From Vicinamibacteria bacterium (GTDB taxonomy: Bacteria; Acidobacteriota; Vicinamibacteria; Fen-336; JAGNNV01), in assembly GCA_031392925.1 (NCBI GenBank), contig JANMVV010000158.1:8760-72759 (forward strand): DNA of 64,000 bases, written 5' to 3'. The notes beneath the pieces were generated by a model. The model had not been told where the DNA came from and searched no databases. It was given only the letters and a program-made list of their open reading frames with translations. The translations under genes were made by a program, and so were the position numbers. Positions 59,248-64,000 of the stretch are shown piece after piece. Position 1 is the stretch's first letter, and each line of letters begins with the position of its first letter.

Positions 59248-59625
59248 CTAGGCGGCCTTGGGCCGTTTCGCGCCGTATTTGCTGCGGCTTCGCTTACGGC
59301 CCGCGACACCGGTGGCGTCGAGCGAACCGCGCACGATGTGATAACGCACGCCCGGCAGGTCCTTGACTCGGCCGCCACGGATCAGGACCAGCGAGTGCTC
59401 CTGAAGATTGTGGCCAACGCCGGGAATGTAAGCCGTGACTTCGATGCCGTTGGTCAGGCGAACACGCGCAACCTTGCGAAGCGCCGAGTTCGGCTTCTTC
59501 GGCGTGGTCGTGAAGACGCGCACGCACACACCGCGCTTCTGGGGCGACTCCTGGAGCGCGGGGCTCGCAGTCTTCGACTTGAGCTTGGTGCGGCCACTTC
59601 GAATCAATTGGCTGACGGTTGGCAA
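59248..59625 (-). CDS. rpsL: 30S ribosomal protein S12
   Basis: It reads (M)[11 protein letters not shown]... from a TTG start with AGGAG 10 nt upstream. The track ORF extends spuriously upstream. Confidence 0.9.
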   Translation of the reverse strand: MPTVSQLIRSGRTKLKSKTASPALQESPQKRGVCVRVFTTTPKKPNSALRKVARVRLTNGIEVTAYIPGVGHNLQEHSLVLIRGGRVKDLPGVRYHIVRGSLDATGVAGRKRSRSKYGAKRPKAA

Positions 59626-59704
59626 ACTTCGATCACTCCTGATGGAACAAGGACTGCGGAGTTTACCGGAGGAGGACGCGAAGTCAAGACAACGCGGGAA
59701 GAAA

Positions 59705-61033
59705 CTAGCGCTGCGCGGACAGCCTCGTGAGTGAATCGACCACCGCCTTCGCCTCCGCGCCAGTGACGATGCGCCACGGTTCGAAGGCGCCCGATGGGGC
59801 ATTCTGCATGACTCCAGCGCCCACCACTCTCACCACCGAGCTGTATTGAAGATGGGAAGGCGACATATCCCTGGGAGCCGCTCCGTTCGATCTCCCCCAC
59901 CCCACGAGATCGAGGACGCGCGCCGCCACCACCGCCAACTCGCCGCGGCGAACCACGCCGGAGGGCTGGAAGGTGTGATTCGGGTAAACGTCCATCAGCC
60001 CGAGTTCAAGGGCACGCAAGACCTGGGGACGGGCCCAGGTTTTCGAGAGATCGGACGCCACTTCGCCTTTGTTCTCGGGTTTCCTGGACTTGAGAATCTC
60101 CACTTTCTCCACCACCAGCGCCGCGAGTTCAGCCCGGGTGATGCGAGGCGCCTCGCCGATCGCGCGCAGCGGCTCGGGCAGAGCCAGTGAGGCGCGCCGG
60201 TCCTTGATGCGGGCAAGCAGAGCGGCTCCCTCCGTATCCTCGGCCAGGTCTTTGAGACCGCGCTTGAGCGCCATCTCGGCTCCGTCGAGATCTCCGTCTT
60301 CGAAACGGATGGAGGCGATCCGGATGGCGATGTTTCGGTCGGCATCCTGCGCGGCGGCCAGGACGGAAAGGGCTTCGGTGCGGCGTCCCGACTCCACGAG
60401 GAGATCCGCGAGTTCGAGGCGGACCGGGGACAATTCGGGGGCCACTTCGATCGCCCTTTGCAGCATAACGATGGCCTCCGCCTTCTTCCCCTCGGCCGAA
60501 AGGGCCCCCGCCTGGCCGATCGCCGCCTCGGCCACCGCGAGCTTCACCTCGCTCGCGCGCCGACTGAGGGCCGCATCCTTCGGCCGAAGCCGCTCCGCTT
60601 TCACATATAGAGGAAGGGCCTGGTCGAGAAGGCCTTGCTTCCGCTTCACCGAGGCGAGACCGACGAGGGCGGCCACGTCGTTTCGCTCCGCGGTCAGAAC
60701 CGAAGTGAAGATCGCCTCAGAGTCCTTGAGCCGGTTTGCCCGGAGGGCGGCAAACCCGAGAACGATCCGGGCGGGCGCCAGGTCCGGACGGCCCGAAGCG
60801 AGCTTGCTGACCGTCTGCTCGGCCCGCGCGGTCTGGCCGGCGAGAATGTCGTCCCACGCTCGATGGAGGGCCTTCTCGTCGCGCGAGGGCATCTCGCCGC
60901 GCTTGATTTCCGGAAAGACGTAGTCGGAGTCGTCGACCTGGGGGGTGGCCACTCTCGCGCCACAGGCGGAAAGAAAAAGGGCGAGGATCCCAGCCACGCC
61001 CAGCGCGCTGGCCACGCGTCGGGTCGTCTTCAT
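59705..61033 (-). CDS. TPR-repeat lipoprotein
   Basis: It has a lipobox (LFLSAC) and multiple TPR-like helical repeats. Its start overlaps the hflX stop as ATGA. Confidence 0.65.
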   Translation of the reverse strand: MKTTRRVASALGVAGILALFLSACGARVATPQVDDSDYVFPEIKRGEMPSRDEKALHRAWDDILAGQTARAEQTVSKLASGRPDLAPARIVLGFAALRANRLKDSEAIFTSVLTAERNDVAALVGLASVKRKQGLLDQALPLYVKAERLRPKDAALSRRASEVKLAVAEAAIGQAGALSAEGKKAEAIVMLQRAIEVAPELSPVRLELADLLVESGRRTEALSVLAAAQDADRNIAIRIASIRFEDGDLDGAEMALKRGLKDLAEDTEGAALLARIKDRRASLALPEPLRAIGEAPRITRAELAALVVEKVEILKSRKPENKGEVASDLSKTWARPQVLRALELGLMDVYPNHTFQPSGVVRRGELAVVAARVLDLVGWGRSNGAAPRDMSPSHLQYSSVVRVVGAGVMQNAPSGAFEPWRIVTGAEAKAVVDSLTRLSAQR

Positions 61034-62304
61034 GCGATGGCGAGGAGGGCCCGGGTCGAGGCCTCGGCCTGCAGGACGACCTGGCCGAACTCGTCGCGCG
61101 TCTGGGAGAGGACTTTGGCATGGCGATAGACGTTCGCGATCCGCCGTTCGTCCTGAGGATCGATGCGCAGGGTCACCGGCCGCGGCAGCATGTCCAGCAT
61201 CTCCGCGATGCGTCGTTTCAGGACATCGAGGCCCTCGCCGGTCAGGGCGGAAAGCGGCACCGCGTCGGGCCGCTCCGACCGGAGGGCCAGGCGGGCCGCG
61301 TCGTCCGCGCCATCGATCTTGTTGATGACGACCAGCCGATTGGGCGATTCTTCCGCGCCGATCTCTTCCAGCACTTCCCGGACCGCCTTCTCCTTCTCCG
61401 CCATCTCGGGATCGGTCCCATCGACCACGTGAATCACGAGGTCCGCTTCAACCACTTCTTCGAGGGTGGCGCGGAAGGCGGCGACGAGGCCATGCGGCAG
61501 GTGGCGGATGAAACCGACGGTGTCGACGAGGACGATGTTCTCGCGTTCGCCGATGCGCACGCCGCGCATCAGAGGATCGAGGGTCATGAACAGGCGATCG
61601 GAGATTTCGACTTTCTCTTCGCCGGTGAGCGCCCGGAAGAGGCTGGACTTCCCCGCGTTGGTGTAGCCCACGAGCGAAACCACGGGCTCGGCGCGACGGC
61701 GGCGGCCTTCGCGCCTTGTCCCCCGCTCGCGCCGGACGTGCTCGATCGACTCCTTGAGCACCGAAACGCGGGTGCGGATGCGACGCCGGTCGGTTTCGAG
61801 TTTCGTTTCACCCGGACCCCTGGTGCCGATGCCGCCGCCCAGGCGCGAGAGGGAAACGCCCTTCCCGGTGAGCCGGGGCATCAGGTACTGAAGCTGAGCG
61901 AGCTCGACCTGGAGCCGGCCCTCGCGGGACCGGGCGCGCTGGGCGAAGATGTCAAGAATCAGTTCGGTTCGATCGAGCACCTTGACCTCGAGTTTCGCCT
62001 CGAGATTTCGCGCCTGCACCGGGGAGAGTTCGGCATCGACCATCACGATGGTGATGGCCTTCTCCGACACCAGCTCCTTGAGCTCGTCGACCTTGCCGCT
62101 GCCGAAGTACGTGGCGGAGTCGGGACGCTTTCGCTCCTGCGAAATCACCTCCACGATCCTGGCGCGCGCGCTCTTCGCCAGCAGGGTCATCTCCTCGAGG
62201 GAGACGGCGGCGGCCTCGCGTTCGCGGCTGGTCCGATAGGTGCCGCAGATCAGGGCACGTTCGTGCCGTTCAGTTCTTGTCTTGGTGCTCAATGGGTCGG
62301 CCAA
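61030..62304 (-). CDS. hflX: GTPase HflX
   Basis: It has an HflX N-domain plus a G domain (LVGYTNAGKSSLFRALT, DTVGF). Confidence 0.85.
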   Translation of the reverse strand: MADPLSTKTRTERHERALICGTYRTSREREAAAVSLEEMTLLAKSARARIVEVISQERKRPDSATYFGSGKVDELKELVSEKAITIVMVDAELSPVQARNLEAKLEVKVLDRTELILDIFAQRARSREGRLQVELAQLQYLMPRLTGKGVSLSRLGGGIGTRGPGETKLETDRRRIRTRVSVLKESIEHVRRERGTRREGRRRRAEPVVSLVGYTNAGKSSLFRALTGEEKVEISDRLFMTLDPLMRGVRIGERENIVLVDTVGFIRHLPHGLVAAFRATLEEVVEADLVIHVVDGTDPEMAEKEKAVREVLEEIGAEESPNRLVVINKIDGADDAARLALRSERPDAVPLSALTGEGLDVLKRRIAEMLDMLPRPVTLRIDPQDERRIANVYRHAKVLSQTRDEFGQVVLQAEASTRALLAIA

Positions 62305-62396
62305 AGGCTACACCCTCGGCCGTATCCCTCGAAGCACCTTTGGGCGGCAGGAACCTCCCCTGGCTTCAGCGCACGATCGCGCCAATCGGACGCCGA

Positions 62397-62996
62397 TCAG
62401 GAACGGGGCGAAGCCAGACTCCCTAATAGTCGCTCGATAGCCTGACCCTTGATCCGGCCGGCGCGCAGGATGGAGAAGCCACCGGCCGACCCGGAGAAGT
62501 CCACGATGGTCGACGGCTCGCCGTCCAGCGGGCCCTCGTCAAGCGCCAGTATCGCCCTGGGAAACGCCGCCGCGGCGAGATCGACGGTCACGCACGGCTC
62601 CTCCCCCGCAAGGTTCGCCGACGTCGAGACGAGCGGGCCGGCCTGTCGCGCCAATCCGCGCGCCGTGTCCGAGGCCGGAACCCGGACCGCGATGGTGCGC
62701 GCGCCGGCGAGCAGTTCCCTTGGCAAGGTACCCACCGCGGGCAGGACAAGGGTCAGCGGCCCCGGCCAGAAGGCATCGGCGAGACGCTGCGCGTCCTCCG
62801 GCCAGCGCGCCGCGAGGGATCGCGCCTGCGCGACATCCGCGACGATCACCGGCAGCGCTTTGCCCGCCTCCCGCCCCTTCGCCTCACGAAGCCGGGCCAC
62901 GGCCGCTCCATCCAGCGCGCGGCACCCAATCGCATAGAGGGTGTCGGTCGGATAGATGACGAGCGCGCCCTGCTGCAGGCGCGCGGCCACGTCCAT
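62397..62996 (-). CDS. tsaC: L-threonylcarbamoyladenylate synthase (YrdC/Sua5 family)
   Basis: It has the YrdC pattern (GALVIYPTDTLYAIGC). The start is taken at Met76 of the track ORF to give a ~199-aa protein; the upstream extension is R-rich and non-coding-like. Confidence 0.7.
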   Translation of the reverse strand: MDVAARLQQGALVIYPTDTLYAIGCRALDGAAVARLREAKGREAGKALPVIVADVAQARSLAARWPEDAQRLADAFWPGPLTLVLPAVGTLPRELLAGARTIAVRVPASDTARGLARQAGPLVSTSANLAGEEPCVTVDLAAAAFPRAILALDEGPLDGEPSTIVDFSGSAGGFSILRAGRIKGQAIERLLGSLASPRS

Positions 62997-63078
62997 CTGC
63001 TCATCGGGCGTGAGCCCGCGAGTTCGAAGGTCGTATCGCTTGAGGTCCGCCACGCGAAGGATCGTACAATCACAAGCC

Positions 63079-63555
63079 TTGATCGAGCGACTCCTCACCC
63101 GGTGGCCGTCCCTTCCCAAGGGCCTACAGGCGCCCCTGACCCTGATCACTCTCATCGCCTGGACCGGCGCCATGGTCCTCGTGGTCCGCAAGGCCACCGA
63201 ACAGACCGCCCTCGCCCTCACCTCCGAGCTCGCGGCCTACGGCGAGCGCGCGCGCTGGAGCGGCATCTACTATCGCGGCGAGAAGATCGGCTTCTCGGTG
63301 AGCCAGATGACCGAGCGGCCGGGCGGGTTCAAGCTGCAGGAAGACGGACAGATGCTGATCACGCTCATGGGCGACAGCATCGCCAGCAAGCTCCACACCG
63401 AAGTGAACGTTCGCACTCGCGATGTCCTCCGAGGTCAAGGCGGACATGATCGAGTCGGCGGCCATCCAGGCCACGTGACGATGGCGGATGCAACACGCGC
63501 GAAGCACAAGCTCACACGAGTGGTGCAGATGCTCATGGGACTCCGGCGCGCGTAG
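63079..63555 (+). CDS. Hypothetical protein with N-terminal TM segment (start uncertain; possibly degraded at 3' end)
   Basis: The 5' two-thirds has strong GC3 bias (LITLIAWTGAMVLVV...), and the 3' third has weaker bias. It is divergent from tsaC. Confidence 0.3.
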   Translation: MIERLLTRWPSLPKGLQAPLTLITLIAWTGAMVLVVRKATEQTALALTSELAAYGERARWSGIYYRGEKIGFSVSQMTERPGGFKLQEDGQMLITLMGDSIASKLHTEVNVRTRDVLRGQGGHDRVGGHPGHVTMADATRAKHKLTRVVQMLMGLRRA

Positions 63556-63702
63556 AACCGCTTTGGTGCTACTGGATTGAGAATCGCGCACGGTTTCCTA
63601 GGGAAGACATCGCTCCCTGGGTTATTGCCGACGAGTGCCGAAGTGCGCCTGCACGATCTGATCCTCGGAGAGGTGCGAGGGGACACGGAGCCCCCTTTGT
63701 CC

Positions 63703-64000
63703 TTACTCGCGACGGAGGATAGTGACGGGATTCTGTCGCGCCGCACGGATTGCCGGGACGAAGGAGGCGCACGCGCCCGCGAGAATCCCGACGATGGCGA
63801 CCGTCCACAACAGACTCATGTCGAGCGGCCCAACGCCGACCGCCATCGCGGCCAGTACTTTGTGTGCCCCTGGCGTCAACAACAGTCCCGCCATGACGCC
63901 CGCGGTACTCGCAACGGCTCCGTGTTTCGCGACCAGGAGCGCAACGTCCACGGCGCGCGCGCCTAGCGCAAGACGAACGCCGATCTCGCATTGTCGGGTT
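63703..64000 (-). CDS. ABC transporter permease, FtsX/MacB family (C-terminal fragment; gene continues beyond window)
   Basis: Its C-terminal signature is ...FVPAIRAARQNPVTILRRE* and the last TM helices are present. The frame is open to the window edge. Confidence 0.6.
   Translation of the reverse strand, partial: TRQCEIGVRLALGARAVDVALLVAKHGAVASTAGVMAGLLLTPGAHKVLAAMAVGVGPLDMSLLWTVAIVGILAGACASFVPAIRAARQNPVTILRRE

Noticed and set aside
59626-59802. Upstream extension of the rpsL track ORF ([10 protein letters not shown]...)
   Set aside because: It is R-rich and lacks homology. A conserved S12 N-terminus ([11 protein letters not shown]) begins at a TTG with AGGAG 10 nt upstream.

Overview
This is a high-GC (~68%) bacterial chromosomal window with two distinct halves.

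**Bases ~1-38,700: accessory / cell-envelope region.**
- A secreted BNR/Asp-box beta-propeller protein and a sulfatase.
- A 189-bp MITE-like element with terminal inverted repeats (TIRs) and a TA target-site duplication.
- An envelope-modification cluster (5.9-15.4 kb): a split OatA-like AT3 + SGNH lipoprotein pair, a flippase-like membrane protein, a second SGNH hydrolase, two tandemly duplicated membrane-fused spermidine-synthase-like genes, and a PuuR-like XRE/cupin regulator. Two paralogous Pro/Thr-linker, Cys-rich lipoproteins bracket this cluster.
- GT-C-type glycosyltransferase-like membrane proteins, HtrA, a MATE transporter, and three secreted peptidases (M18, M24 and M19).
- purH.
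- The most unusual part is a tight minus-strand array (35.1 to 25.8 kb). An orphan PilM/N/O-P-like trio is translationally coupled. It is followed by a membrane pseudokinase fused to a TolA-like coiled coil and a TonB C-terminal domain.
- Divergently transcribed from that array is an EF-G paralog that has lost the switch-II catalytic His (DTPGY). It is start/stop-coupled to a secreted protein carrying tandem TonB_C-like domains.

**Bases ~38,700-59,700: fused ribosomal-protein super-operon on the minus strand** (rpsL-rpsG-fusA-tuf-S10-spc-alpha-rplQ), essentially complete. Notable points:
- An unusually long (~420 bp), lower-GC, hairpin-rich spacer between rpsL and rpsG.
- An AKP-rich N-terminal extension on L4.
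- An S/T-rich C-terminal tail on S5.
- A divergent infA.

**Upstream of rpsL (59,700-64,000):** a TPR lipoprotein, hflX and tsaC/yrdC, then a truncated FtsX-type permease at the window edge.

No rRNA, tRNA or CRISPR array was found. Coordinates follow the supplied ORF track; positions I derived by hand may be off by +/-1-2 nt.
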